A DNA stretch of 64,000 nt from a virus (IMGVR_UViG_3300010234_000004:1-64000), one strand, 5' to 3'; shown: positions 1 to 8,577, numbered from the stretch's first letter. Notes: a model not told the origin generated them from the sequence alone. Numbers and translations: made by a program.

Positions 1-1
1 G

Positions 2-154
2 GTCTGGGATCGGGTTAATAATCAGGTCTGGGGTCAGGTCTATAATCAGGTCGAGAAACAGGTCGGGAATCCGGTCAGGCGTCAGGTCGAGGATCAGGTC
101 TGGCGTCAGGTCGCGGGTCAGGTCAGGAATCGGGTGTATGATGAAATCGGTTAG
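2..154 (+). CDS. QV-repeat mini-protein 1 (5' end outside window)
   Basis: Manual translation: VWDRVNNQVWGQVYNQV...RNRVYDEIG*; stop TAG at 152-154. Confidence 0.6.
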   Translation, partial: VWDRVNNQVWGQVYNQVEKQVGNPVRRQVEDQVWRQVAGQVRNRVYDEIG

Positions 155-353
155 GCAACAGGTCAAGACTCATGTCTGGAATCAGGTCGGGAATCAGGTC
201 GGGTATCAGGTCGGGAATCAGGTCTATAATCAGGTCGCGGGTCAGGTCAGGAATCGGGTCAGTATTCAGGTCGGGGGTCACGTCGGGGGTCATGTCAGGA
301 ATCAGGTCAGGCGTCAGGTCGAGGATCAGGTCTGGCGTCAGGTCTATAATTAG
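138..353 (+). CDS. QV-repeat mini-protein 2, ending at a CAG>TAG stop that removes the QVHDEIS tail
   Basis: MMKSVRQQV...QVYN*; the in-frame sequence after the TAG still reads VHDEIS*. Confidence 0.65.
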   Translation: MMKSVRQQVKTHVWNQVGNQVGYQVGNQVYNQVAGQVRNRVSIQVGGHVGGHVRNQVRRQVEDQVWRQVYN

Positions 354-357
354 GTGC

Positions 358-588
358 ATGATGAAATCAGTTAAGAAACAGTTCACACTTCATTCCTACA
401 AAGCCAAGACGGTCGATGGACGAATCTGTGTTATTGTAGAGAGTCAGATATTGGATCAGATCATGAAACGGGTCAAGGGTCAGGTCAAGGAAGATGTCTG
501 GGATCAGATATGGAGATCGCTTCATGGACCAGTCACGGTTCAACTTAGGAATCAGGTGTATAATCAGGTGCATGATGAAATCAGTTAG
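358..588 (+). CDS. QV-repeat mini-protein 3 (divergent, largely non-repetitive core)
   Basis: MMKSVKKQFTLHSYK...NQVYNQVHDEIS*; start placed at the conserved MMKSV rather than 172. Confidence 0.65.
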   Translation: MMKSVKKQFTLHSYKAKTVDGRICVIVESQILDQIMKRVKGQVKEDVWDQIWRSLHGPVTVQLRNQVYNQVHDEIS

Positions 589-760
589 GGATCAGGTCAG
601 TAGTCGGGTCTGGAATCAGGTCTATAATCAGATCGGGAATCAGGTCAGGTCTGGGGTCGAGGATCAGGTATGGGATCAGGTCAGTAATCAGGTCAGTATT
701 CGGGTCAGTATTCAGGTCTGGGGTCAGGTCAGGAGTCAGGTGCATGATGAAATCAGTTAG
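572..760 (+). CDS. QV-repeat mini-protein 4
   Basis: MMKSVRDQV...RSQVHDEIS*. Confidence 0.65.
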   Translation: MMKSVRDQVSSRVWNQVYNQIGNQVRSGVEDQVWDQVSNQVSIRVSIQVWGQVRSQVHDEIS

Positions 761-920
761 GAATCAGGTCGAGGATCGGGTCAGTAATCAGGTCAGGGGT
801 CATATCAGGAGTCAGGTCAGGATTCAGGTCAGTATTCAGGTCGAGGACCATGTCTGGGGTCAGGTCGAGGTTCAGGTCAGGAATCAGGTCAGGAGTCAGG
901 TGTATGATGAAATCAGTTAG
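744..920 (+). CDS. QV-repeat mini-protein 5 (58 aa, absent from the ORF track)
   Basis: Manual translation: MMKSVRNQVEDRVSNQV...RSQVYDEIS*. Confidence 0.65.
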   Translation: MMKSVRNQVEDRVSNQVRGHIRSQVRIQVSIQVEDHVWGQVEVQVRNQVRSQVYDEIS

Positions 921-1080
921 GAATCAGGTCGAGGATCGGGTCGAGGATCAGGCATGGGATCAGGTCAGGAATCAGGTCGGGGATCAGGTCTGGGGTCAGG
1001 TCTGGGATCAGGTCGGGCGTCAGGTCGGGGAACAGGTCGGGGGTTATGTCAGGAGTCAGGTGCATGATGAAATCAGTTAG
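904..1080 (+). CDS. QV-repeat mini-protein 6
   Basis: MMKSVRNQVEDRVEDQAWDQV...RSQVHDEIS*. Confidence 0.65.
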   Translation: MMKSVRNQVEDRVEDQAWDQVRNQVGDQVWGQVWDQVGRQVGEQVGGYVRSQVHDEIS

Positions 1081-1303
1081 GAATCAGGTCGAGGGTCATA
1101 TCAGGAGTAAGGTCAGGATTCAGGTCAGTATTCAGGTCGAGGATCATGTCTGGGATCAGGTCGAGGTTCAGGTCAGGAATCAGGTCAGGAGTCAGGTCTG
1201 GAATCAGGTCAGTAATCAGGTCAGTAATCAGGTCGAGGGTCAGGTCTGGGGTCAGGTCAGGGGTCATGTCTGGGATCAGGTCGAGGATCAGGTGTATATA
1301 TAG
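1064..1303 (+). CDS. QV-repeat mini-protein 7 (last in the array)
   Basis: MMKSVRNQVEGH...EDQVYI*. Confidence 0.65.
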   Translation: MMKSVRNQVEGHIRSKVRIQVSIQVEDHVWDQVEVQVRNQVRSQVWNQVSNQVSNQVEGQVWGQVRGHVWDQVEDQVYI

Positions 1304-1335
1304 GAATAACTATAACCCCTTTGGAGAGTAATTCC

Positions 1336-1485
1336 ATGAAGCAAGAAGAATTTATTTGTGTGCACTGTGAGGCCGAATACCTTATTGAACACGATCAACC
1401 CATTATACGGGCCTGTCCCTTCTGTAAGGAGGATATGATGGTTGAGGCCGAATGTCTCGAATTAGGTCTGGAGTGGGATGAGTGA
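1336..1485 (+). CDS. Small zinc-ribbon protein (49 aa)
   Basis: Manual translation: MKQEEFICVHCEAEY...RACPFCKED...; CxxC..CxxC; GGAG SD; stop overlaps next start (GTGA). Confidence 0.75.
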   Translation: MKQEEFICVHCEAEYLIEHDQPIIRACPFCKEDMMVEAECLELGLEWDE

Positions 1486-1997
1486 CTTGGTTCCTAAACG
1501 GCAACAGGTTTAATCCTGATGAAGACAAATTGAAAGATTGGGTGGGGTTCGTTTACGTTATAACGGACCTGAAGAATGAGAAAAAGTACGTCGGGAAGAA
1601 GACATTCTGGTCGAGAACCAAGCTTCCACCTTTAAAGGGTAAAACCCGCAAGCGTATCAAGATCAAACCGTCCAACTGGATGGATTATTATGGGTCATCC
1701 GAAGTAGTAACAAAAATGTTGAATGAGCAGGGTGAAAAGAATTTTCATCGTGAGATCATACATCTCTGCACATCAAAAGGTGAAATGTCCTACATGGAGG
1801 CGAAGGAACAGTTCGACCGCAACGTTCTCTTGGACGATTCCTATTATAACGGGATCATCAACTGTAGGATTAATCAGACCCATGTACTGAAGGTTAAAGA
1901 ACGATGGTTGGCCAATATACGAGATAATACGAAAGAATTGTCGTATGTTGAAATTTTATCTATTGACTCGTCTGATAATTCTGCTATAATTATGTAG
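1482..1997 (+). CDS. GIY-YIG-like nuclease family protein
   Basis: GFVYVIT...KKYVGKK, YYGSS, E..EQF and YYNG motifs. Confidence 0.75.
   Translation: MTWFLNGNRFNPDEDKLKDWVGFVYVITDLKNEKKYVGKKTFWSRTKLPPLKGKTRKRIKIKPSNWMDYYGSSEVVTKMLNEQGEKNFHREIIHLCTSKGEMSYMEAKEQFDRNVLLDDSYYNGIINCRINQTHVLKVKERWLANIRDNTKELSYVEILSIDSSDNSAIIM
1963..1990 (+). promoter_or_regulatory. Sigma70-type early promoter
   Basis: TTGACT-16 nt-TATAAT with extended TG, then GAGGAG SD before 2022. Confidence 0.75.
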
Positions 1998-2021
1998 AGT
2001 GATATAAACGAGGAGATCAAT

Positions 2022-2291
2022 ATGGACTATGGTAGAGTGTTCGTCAAAAATGGTATTATAGGTGCTATCAAATTCAAATTTTATGCGGTGGTACTTTTCA
2101 CGTTTTTGGTGGGGTCTTATATGCTATACGATTCTAATATGGTGCTGAATGTTTTCTACTCATACGCTGTGCCATTCACAATCGCCCTCTCAGCGGCGGT
2201 GGCAACTTTCCCTTGGTTTGAATTAGGATATGCAGCGGTAATAACTGTATTTCACGCAGCCTTTACAAGTGAAAAGAGTGATAATGGTTGA
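2022..2291 (+). CDS. Small membrane protein
   Basis: Several hydrophobic segments; strong SD. Confidence 0.7.
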   Translation: MDYGRVFVKNGIIGAIKFKFYAVVLFTFLVGSYMLYDSNMVLNVFYSYAVPFTIALSAAVATFPWFELGYAAVITVFHAAFTSEKSDNG

Positions 2292-2997
2292 GCAATCGAG
2301 ACTTGATTGTTATCCGACGGGTGGTCCAAGGCCAAACATTCAACCAGCTAGGAAGGCACGCGATTGGATGGATAATACGCGTGACCGTTTTGCGTATAGG
2401 TGCCTACCTCTAGCCATCGCTAACAGGGTGGGGTGGGAGATTATCAACCCTGTGTCGTTTACTGCTGTATGGACCGGTAGTGACGATGTGCGGGGTCTTA
2501 TCATACAACCAGAGGGTGATGGTTGTATTGCGTCCAGTCATTTCGGTCATGGTATCCTGACATTTTCAGTTGGTGGTCTATTCAGAACAAGTGAGAACGT
2601 CCAGTTATGGGTCGGTGGTTCACCAAATGAGGTTAAGGACTCGATCCAGCCGTTGACTGGAATCGTGGAAACTGATTGGAGCCATATGACATTCACCATG
2701 AATTGGAAGTTCACGCGCAAGCACGAAACCATTCGATTCGAAAAAGACGAGCCGTTCTGCTTCATCATGCCTATGCAAGTGGGGTTGCTGGAGGACTTGG
2801 AACCCCGTTTCAATTCTTTTCAGACAGATACCGACCTGTGCTTGAAATATTACGGTTGGTCCGATAAGAGAGAGATGTTCAATAATGATCTACAGACCAG
2901 ATCGGACCCAGTCACGGGTAAGGATTCGTGGCAAAAGACTTATCATCGAACGGCGGATCGCAACAAGATAAGGCTGAAAGAGTTCAAGGATGCATGA
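2284..2997 (+). CDS. DUF6065-like protein
   Basis: RDWMD..FAYRCLPL.IAN..GW, SHFG.GILTF and L.GIVETDW...FTMNWK motifs; start chosen at the ATG overlapping the upstream stop. Confidence 0.7.
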   Translation: MVEQSRLDCYPTGGPRPNIQPARKARDWMDNTRDRFAYRCLPLAIANRVGWEIINPVSFTAVWTGSDDVRGLIIQPEGDGCIASSHFGHGILTFSVGGLFRTSENVQLWVGGSPNEVKDSIQPLTGIVETDWSHMTFTMNWKFTRKHETIRFEKDEPFCFIMPMQVGLLEDLEPRFNSFQTDTDLCLKYYGWSDKREMFNNDLQTRSDPVTGKDSWQKTYHRTADRNKIRLKEFKDA

Positions 2998-4081
2998 TTA
3001 TGGGTCGGGTAGTCTGGATGTTGTTATTGATATCACCACCAAATGCAATGCAGCATGTCCACAATGCGACAGAACTGATATTAGCAGGGGTGCCAAGATG
3101 GGCACTAATCCGGAATTACCCGACGAGAATATGACTTTGAATCAACTGCGCAAAGTAATCAACGCGTCAAATATCGATAGGGTTAGACACGTGTCATTCT
3201 GTCCTAGCTGGGGTGAGCCGATTATTAATAACGATTTCCCGTACATGTTGGATCATCTGTTCTCGTCGGCCATAAAGGCGGATACAGGATTGATGGTGTC
3301 AGTTGATACCAATGGTTCATTACGTAGCGATGAGTGGTGGTTCAGTATCGGTCGATTGATGTCCTTGTTTAGTAACGAAAGGGACGATTTGACCTTGAAC
3401 TTCCGATTTGCTGTGGATGGTATCGATCAAGCTATGCATGAGAAATATCGACGACGTACCAATTTGGACAAGGTTTTGGCCACTATGGAAATGGTATCGG
3501 CCTTTCCCGCCACGCGTGTGATGAGCCAGACAGTCGTATTCCAGCACAATCAGGACTATTTGAATGAGATAAAAAGCTTGACACAAAGGCACGGTAGTGT
3601 TGATCATTCGTTTGTTCGGTCTGAACGGTTCGGGGGTCGTCAGTTCGAGTTCTATAACGAAAACGATGAGAGCGAGACATTGACCATTGCTGATCCATTT
3701 GGTATAATAGAGACTGAACGATCAGAGTTTGGTATGACCCCATCTTGTGAGTATCAGAAGATAAACAAGGTGCATATCAACTATGATGGACAGGTGCTTC
3801 CGTGTTGCTATTTTGCTAATGCATATGTGGCAGGTAGCAGATGGTCTAAGCTGTCAGATGCTGGAAAGTGGAAGGAAAGCTGGATTGGTAAAGAGTACCT
3901 GAAGACTAAAGATGCCCACAACGCCTTCAATCGTGATCTGTTTGACATATTGGAGGGTAATTGGTGGACTAAGAAGCTCCCGTTCTCTTGGAAGCATTCT
4001 GAGGAGAATGGTGCCGTCCAGTGCAGCAAACATTGTAGTGCCAAAGGTGGTACGTTTCGTGTAGGAGCGCATAGAAAATGA
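2990..4081 (+). CDS. Radical SAM protein with C-terminal SPASM/twitch-like domain
   Basis: CNAACPQC (Cx3Cx2C), WGEP, DTNGS, DGQVLPCC and a terminal CxxxC. Confidence 0.9.
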   Translation: MHDYGSGSLDVVIDITTKCNAACPQCDRTDISRGAKMGTNPELPDENMTLNQLRKVINASNIDRVRHVSFCPSWGEPIINNDFPYMLDHLFSSAIKADTGLMVSVDTNGSLRSDEWWFSIGRLMSLFSNERDDLTLNFRFAVDGIDQAMHEKYRRRTNLDKVLATMEMVSAFPATRVMSQTVVFQHNQDYLNEIKSLTQRHGSVDHSFVRSERFGGRQFEFYNENDESETLTIADPFGIIETERSEFGMTPSCEYQKINKVHINYDGQVLPCCYFANAYVAGSRWSKLSDAGKWKESWIGKEYLKTKDAHNAFNRDLFDILEGNWWTKKLPFSWKHSEENGAVQCSKHCSAKGGTFRVGAHRK

Positions 4082-5430
4082 CGAATAAGATTTTAGGGGT
4101 CAGTTCTGGATTCCACAACGCAGCATATGCATTAATTGAGGGTCGAGAGATACTGAGCGCAGAGGAAAGCGAGCGGTTCACGCTCAAAAAGAATGATCCG
4201 CATCTTAGAACCGACCATTTGGATGGTCTGGGTTGGGATCAATCGGTTTTTTACGAGAAGCCGTTCAAGAAGAATATCCGACGTTTGATCTATGGTCAGG
4301 GGTGGAAAAAGACGAAAAGTATCACCGACTCATATGTCGATCATCACTGGAGTCATGCAGCGGGGGCATATTACACGCGTCCAAACCATTTTCCAGAGCC
4401 TGTATGTGTCGTTATCGATGCTATTGGTGAGTGGGACACAGCGTCAATTTGGTTTAAAAAGAAAAAGGTCTGGAGTATGAGATACCCGAAATCGCTTGGG
4501 TTATTCTATTCAGCGGTGACCAAAGAGCTTGGATACACGCCTAATGAGGATGAACACGTCACCATGGCACTTGCAGCTTTGGGTGAACCCATTCATGCAG
4601 ACGTGTTGATGGAGATGGCGCACGAAAACTGTCATAAAGGTCTAGCATACGATTCTCGATTATTCTTTGCTGAACCAATCGATTTGGCGGCATCCGCACA
4701 ACTGGTGCTAGAGATTGAGGTCAAGAAGATCATGGAGAGAGCGCATAAGTATTCCGAATACTTGTGTTATGCGGGGGGTGTAGCTCTAAACTGTGTGGCC
4801 AATTCAAAAATATATCACATGTTCAAAGACATTTGGATCATGCCAAACCCTGGTGATGCTGGGTCTGCGTTAGGCTGTGCAGCCGCAATTAATGATAAAC
4901 GACTACATTGGAGAGGACCATATCTTGGATATAATATCGAGCGCGAAATCAACCCTAAAGAGGTCGCTGCGCACATTTCTAAACTTGGCGTTGCTGGCGT
5001 TGCTAATGGTCGCGGTGAGTTTGGTCCTCGCGCTTTTGGCAATCGTAGTATTCTCGCTGATCCCCGTGGCGATATTAAACCTACTGTGGACCGCATTAAA
5101 AAACGTCAATCGTTTAGGCCTTTCGCCCCAGCGATTCTGGAAGAACATGCGAAAAGCTATTTCAAAGGGCCAATGAACGAATACATGCAATTCGTCGCTA
5201 GAGCTAAACACGGCTACAATTCCGTAACTCATGTTGACGGAACCAGTCGCGTACAAGTAGTAACAAAAGACTGTGAATCGGTAATCAGGCCGATACTGGA
5301 GGAATGGTATGAGTTGACGGGGTGTCCAATGTTGCTAAATACTAGTATGAACGTGAAGGGTGAGCCTATGCCTAGAAGTTGGTGGGGCGCAAAACACTTC
5401 CAAGTCAAGTCTAAAGTCAAAGTATTTTGA
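4078..5430 (+). CDS. Carbamoyltransferase, NodU/CmcH family
   Basis: EERF-like motif, HHWSHAA, AGGVALNCVAN, GDAG, EFGPRAFGNRSILADP, RPFAP, HVDGTSRVQ and LNTS. Confidence 0.95.
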   Translation: MTNKILGVSSGFHNAAYALIEGREILSAEESERFTLKKNDPHLRTDHLDGLGWDQSVFYEKPFKKNIRRLIYGQGWKKTKSITDSYVDHHWSHAAGAYYTRPNHFPEPVCVVIDAIGEWDTASIWFKKKKVWSMRYPKSLGLFYSAVTKELGYTPNEDEHVTMALAALGEPIHADVLMEMAHENCHKGLAYDSRLFFAEPIDLAASAQLVLEIEVKKIMERAHKYSEYLCYAGGVALNCVANSKIYHMFKDIWIMPNPGDAGSALGCAAAINDKRLHWRGPYLGYNIEREINPKEVAAHISKLGVAGVANGRGEFGPRAFGNRSILADPRGDIKPTVDRIKKRQSFRPFAPAILEEHAKSYFKGPMNEYMQFVARAKHGYNSVTHVDGTSRVQVVTKDCESVIRPILEEWYELTGCPMLLNTSMNVKGEPMPRSWWGAKHFQVKSKVKVF

Positions 5431-5441
5431 GGAGAAGAAAT

Positions 5442-5588
5442 ATGCTAGACATTTTATATAGCTGGTGGTTACGCCTGAAATTCCGTTACTACCTGTGGAA
5501 ATATCGCGATATGCCAAGTGGCGATGCAGATACCTACATTTATGATGAACTATCGGGGGATGATGAGAGTGATATTAATCGATTTTAG
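5442..5588 (+). CDS. Small hypothetical protein (48 aa)
   Basis: GAGGAG SD; manual translation MLDILYSWWLRLKFRYY... Confidence 0.55.
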   Translation: MLDILYSWWLRLKFRYYLWKYRDMPSGDADTYIYDELSGDDESDINRF

Positions 5589-6441
5589 TGGCATTTCAGT
5601 GGCTGCATATCTAGCAGGTCACTGCGAAGCGAATGACATTAAGGGTTTAAGGCATACCATCCTTAACTCCATTCGAATCTATAGAAATAAGCACCGCGAT
5701 GAGTATGGTGAAATCGTTCTGGTGGCTGACGGCATTGGCAATTGGCGTGAGGATATTTTTCCTCAGTACAAGGAATGCCGTGCCAAAACCAAAGTGAATG
5801 ACAAGTACGATTGGGACACGTTTTCACAGACCAGATCGATCATACTGGATGAGTTAATGGATCATGTTCCATACGCGATTATCAGACAGAATGGATGTGA
5901 GGCCGACGATGCTATCAGCGAATTGGTACGATATGAGCATAACAAGCCGTTTGGTGAGAAGGAAAAAGTGCTGATAATTTCTTCTGATAAAGATTTCATC
6001 CAGCTACAGGCCTATGGTCACGTTGACCAGATCAACCCAGTGACGAAGAAGCACGTGCATGATGATGACCCCGATATGTATAGAAGGCTCCATATCCTCG
6101 CAGGATGCCCCACGGACGACGTTCCTAACGTTTTGAGTGATGACCTAAGCAAGGTTGAGGGAAGGCGTGCTACGACGCTTACAGCTAAAAAGAAGGCCAC
6201 TTTACTGGAAGACCCCCATGCGTTTGGCGATGAGGTCTATAAGAACTATCAGCGGAACTATTCCATGATCAATTTGATGGACGATACTGATTGTCCAGAT
6301 GTTGTCCGAAGCCAAATTATAAGTAGCTATGAGGGAAGAAATAAGCGTTGGCGTAAGAACGTGCGGAAGTTGATGCCGTATCTAATGTCCAACGGTCATG
6401 ATTATCTAATATCTAAAGTACACGATTTTGTTAAACGATGA
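5560..6441 (+). CDS. rnh: T4-type RNase H (5'-3' flap exonuclease)
   Basis: ILIDFS, WR...FPQYK..R, EADD, SSDKDFIQL and G...D.VPN motifs. Confidence 0.9.
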   Translation: MMRVILIDFSGISVAAYLAGHCEANDIKGLRHTILNSIRIYRNKHRDEYGEIVLVADGIGNWREDIFPQYKECRAKTKVNDKYDWDTFSQTRSIILDELMDHVPYAIIRQNGCEADDAISELVRYEHNKPFGEKEKVLIISSDKDFIQLQAYGHVDQINPVTKKHVHDDDPDMYRRLHILAGCPTDDVPNVLSDDLSKVEGRRATTLTAKKKATLLEDPHAFGDEVYKNYQRNYSMINLMDDTDCPDVVRSQIISSYEGRNKRWRKNVRKLMPYLMSNGHDYLISKVHDFVKR

Positions 6442-6875
6442 GAGAGACTATGAAAAAGTTTAAATACACGTATGAGACAGTCGAAGCCGCTAAGACCGCT
6501 AAGACTAAAGATGAAGCAGTAGAGATTTTGAAACACAACGAGACGTGGGCATTGAAAGATGTTTTGAAGGGTACGTTGTGTGATGAGGTGAAATGGTTGT
6601 TGCCGAAGGGTAAGGTGCCGTTCACCCCGAATGTGGAACAATCTACGCCATCCGACCTAATCCGTAAAAATCAGGACTTCAAATACTTCGTTGATGGGCC
6701 GGTTGGCCGTCAAGTGAAGCAGTTTAAACGTGAGTCAATCTTCTTGGGAATTCTGGAAGCTATCCATCCCCAAGATGCTGAATTGGTTGTGGACATGATC
6801 AACAAAGTAGAGTTTGGCGGTATGCTGACCTCTGATGTTGTGAACAGTGCATTTCCAAACCTAGTGAGTCGTTGA
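6438..6875 (+). CDS. Conserved T4-like phage hypothetical protein
   Basis: W.LP.G.VPF and KRE..F...LE.IHP.DAEL pattern, familiar from genes next to rnh in T4-like phages. Confidence 0.7.
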   Translation: MRETMKKFKYTYETVEAAKTAKTKDEAVEILKHNETWALKDVLKGTLCDEVKWLLPKGKVPFTPNVEQSTPSDLIRKNQDFKYFVDGPVGRQVKQFKRESIFLGILEAIHPQDAELVVDMINKVEFGGMLTSDVVNSAFPNLVSR

Positions 6876-6915
6876 TTATGTCCTTCTAACAGTAACAAAC
6901 GGGAGAATACCAAAA

Positions 6916-7068
6916 ATGGTAGTACATCAACTAGAACGTCTTGAGAATGATCTTATTGAGGTTTTGCAGCACGCGAAACGTCTTAAAAAAGAGGGTCAAT
7001 TGGTACTATCTAAAAAGGTGCTTATGAAGGGTGATTACATCCAGAAATGCATCTCTCAATTATCATAG
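6916..7068 (+). CDS. Small hypothetical protein (50 aa)
   Basis: GGAG SD; manual translation MVVHQLERLENDL... Confidence 0.6.
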   Translation: MVVHQLERLENDLIEVLQHAKRLKKEGQLVLSKKVLMKGDYIQKCISQLS

Positions 7069-7078
7069 AGGGTTAAAC

Positions 7079-7104
7079 GGGACGATGTCTCTGTGCATCG
7101 TCCC
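7079..7104. terminator. Intergenic stem-loop (possible terminator or processing site)
   Basis: GGGACGATG / CATCGTCCC 9-bp stem; weak U tract. Confidence 0.45.
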
Positions 7105-7128
7105 ACTCTTATTAAAGGAATTATTCCA

Positions 7129-7377
7129 ATGCCGATTTACACAATCGCGAACACGAAAACCAAGAAACGTGAGGATATTATATGCTCATACGACGAATTG
7201 CGTGAAATGCTGGCCAAGTATCCCGAATTGGTGCATGAGATAAAGCCTACTGTAACAGTGACAGAAACGTCTGCTGTTGGCGGAACATTAAAGAAAGCCG
7301 GTGACGGTTGGAACGACCTATTGAAATCGATCAAGGCGACGTCTGACAAAAAACTCACCACAATTAGGACGAGGTGA
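7129..7377 (+). CDS. FmdB-like small conserved protein upstream of phoH
   Basis: MPIYT N-terminus and DGWNDLLK.IK C-terminus; AAGGA SD. Confidence 0.6.
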   Translation: MPIYTIANTKTKKREDIICSYDELREMLAKYPELVHEIKPTVTVTETSAVGGTLKKAGDGWNDLLKSIKATSDKKLTTIRTR

Positions 7378-8120
7378 ATATGAAAAAAAGCTCAGCCGCG
7401 ACTGTATCGTTCGATGAGGTCGAGAAGTTTCAACCTATAACCCAGAACCAGAGCGAGGCTATGAAGGCTTGGAATGAGGGATATAACCTAGTGCTGAATG
7501 GTTCAGCGGGAACAGGTAAAACGTTTCAGGCCATGCATTTTGCTTTTAAAGAAATGCTGAAAGAGCCATTGAAATATCGTCGGGTTATGATCATGCGGTC
7601 GCTTGTAGCCACACGTGACAGTGGTCATTTGCCGGGTACGAAAGAGGAAAAAGAGGAGCCTTATAAGCTTCCATATAAAAATTTATGTGATGAGATTTTC
7701 GGATATGAGGGTGCCTTCGGTAAACTGGTGTCAGCTAAAAAGTTGAATTTCGAAACCACGTCATACATTCGTGGCTCCACATTCGATCAGACGATCCTGA
7801 TTGTTGACGAGATGCAGAACATGACATTCCATGAGTTGGATTCTGTTATTACTCGCGTAGGAAACGATTGTCGGGTGATATTTGCAGGAGATTACAAACA
7901 GACAGACTTTAGGTTCGCTGATGAGAAGGAAGGCCTACGTCGGTTCCTTGACATTATCGAGCTATCCAGATTCTTCAGGATCGTTGAATTCGGTGCCCAT
8001 GATATCGTGCGTTCGGACTTCGTGCGTGACTATATCATCACCAAGGAGATGCTGGAGAACAAACAGATTGATCAGATAGTAAAAGATAGCGTGAAATATG
8101 GCGAAATACAAAAGATTTGA
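7374..8120 (+). CDS. phoH: PhoH-family ATPase
   Basis: GSAGTGKT, GHLPG, YIRGSTF, VDEMQN and GD.KQTD motifs. Confidence 0.95.
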   Translation: MNMKKSSAATVSFDEVEKFQPITQNQSEAMKAWNEGYNLVLNGSAGTGKTFQAMHFAFKEMLKEPLKYRRVMIMRSLVATRDSGHLPGTKEEKEEPYKLPYKNLCDEIFGYEGAFGKLVSAKKLNFETTSYIRGSTFDQTILIVDEMQNMTFHELDSVITRVGNDCRVIFAGDYKQTDFRFADEKEGLRRFLDIIELSRFFRIVEFGAHDIVRSDFVRDYIITKEMLENKQIDQIVKDSVKYGEIQKI

Positions 8121-8238
8121 CCCGCGCAATAAGAAGCGGGAAAAGGGGGTTACACATTATGAGACTGACATTGAGAGACCTGTAAAGCCGAAATACAGGA
8201 AGCAAAAAGATGGTCCACAACTTCGACCGAAATCGTGA
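8098..8238 (+). CDS. Small basic hypothetical protein (46 aa)
   Basis: Manual translation MAKYKRFDPRNKK...; overlaps both neighbours in a coupled arrangement. Confidence 0.5.
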   Translation: MAKYKRFDPRNKKREKGVTHYETDIERPVKPKYRKQKDGPQLRPKS

Positions 8239-8575
8239 CGGGAAAGTAACAGTTGAGGAACTGGCGATTAGTCGTGAGCAACTCAAACTGGATAACGAAG
8301 ACCGTAAACAAGACGCCCAGAGGCATATGGTTTGGTACGCTTTGGGGGGGATGCTAACGTATCCCCTCATTTTAGTGCTGTCTGAATGGGCTGGTTTTGA
8401 AAGCTCCATGTCCGTAATTGGCTCATTCGCTTCAACCTATTTTGTATCAGTCTCCGCTATTGTGGCCGCATATTTCGCTAAGGAAGGCTACATCGGTCGT
8501 ATTGATCGAACAAACATCAACGTTTCAAATCACCACGAAAATATCAAAGAAAGCGTCGATGATGGCGAACACTAA
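8210..8575 (+). CDS. Membrane protein with EF-hand-like loop and two TM helices (holin-like?)
   Basis: DRNRDGKVTVEE followed by two hydrophobic segments. Confidence 0.6.
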   Translation: MVHNFDRNRDGKVTVEELAISREQLKLDNEDRKQDAQRHMVWYALGGMLTYPLILVLSEWAGFESSMSVIGSFASTYFVSVSAIVAAYFAKEGYIGRIDRTNINVSNHHENIKESVDDGEH

Positions 8576-8577
8576 GA

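Larger units (their letters stand above)
1..1303 (+). repeat. Degenerate 12-bp tandem repeat (nnnnnnCAGGTC) punctuated six times by ATGATGAAATC(A/G)GTTA(G/A); encodes a chain of (xxQV)n mini-ORFs
   Basis: CAGGTC recurs every 12 nt. The junction element begins at 138, 358, 572, 744, 904 and 1064. Confidence 0.95.

Noticed and set aside
351-353. Amber (TAG) recoding of the genome
   Set aside because: TAG ends many clear genes (gp32, gp4, the gp27-like gene, the gp5 N-terminal gene), and long ORFs are intact under the standard code.
1-1303. CRISPR array
   Set aside because: The segments between the 17-nt junctions are about 140-200 nt long and made of 12-nt repeats rather than unique spacers; no cas genes are present.
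123-1331. Alternative-frame ORFs (RSGI/RSGV repeats on +, PDLI/PDLT repeats on -)
   Set aside because: By-products of a stop-poor 12-nt repeat; only the QV frame has conserved starts, stops and coupling.
1482-1997. Intron-encoded homing endonuclease
   Set aside because: It is free-standing, coupled to a zinc-ribbon ORF, interrupts no gene and has no obvious DNA-binding extension.
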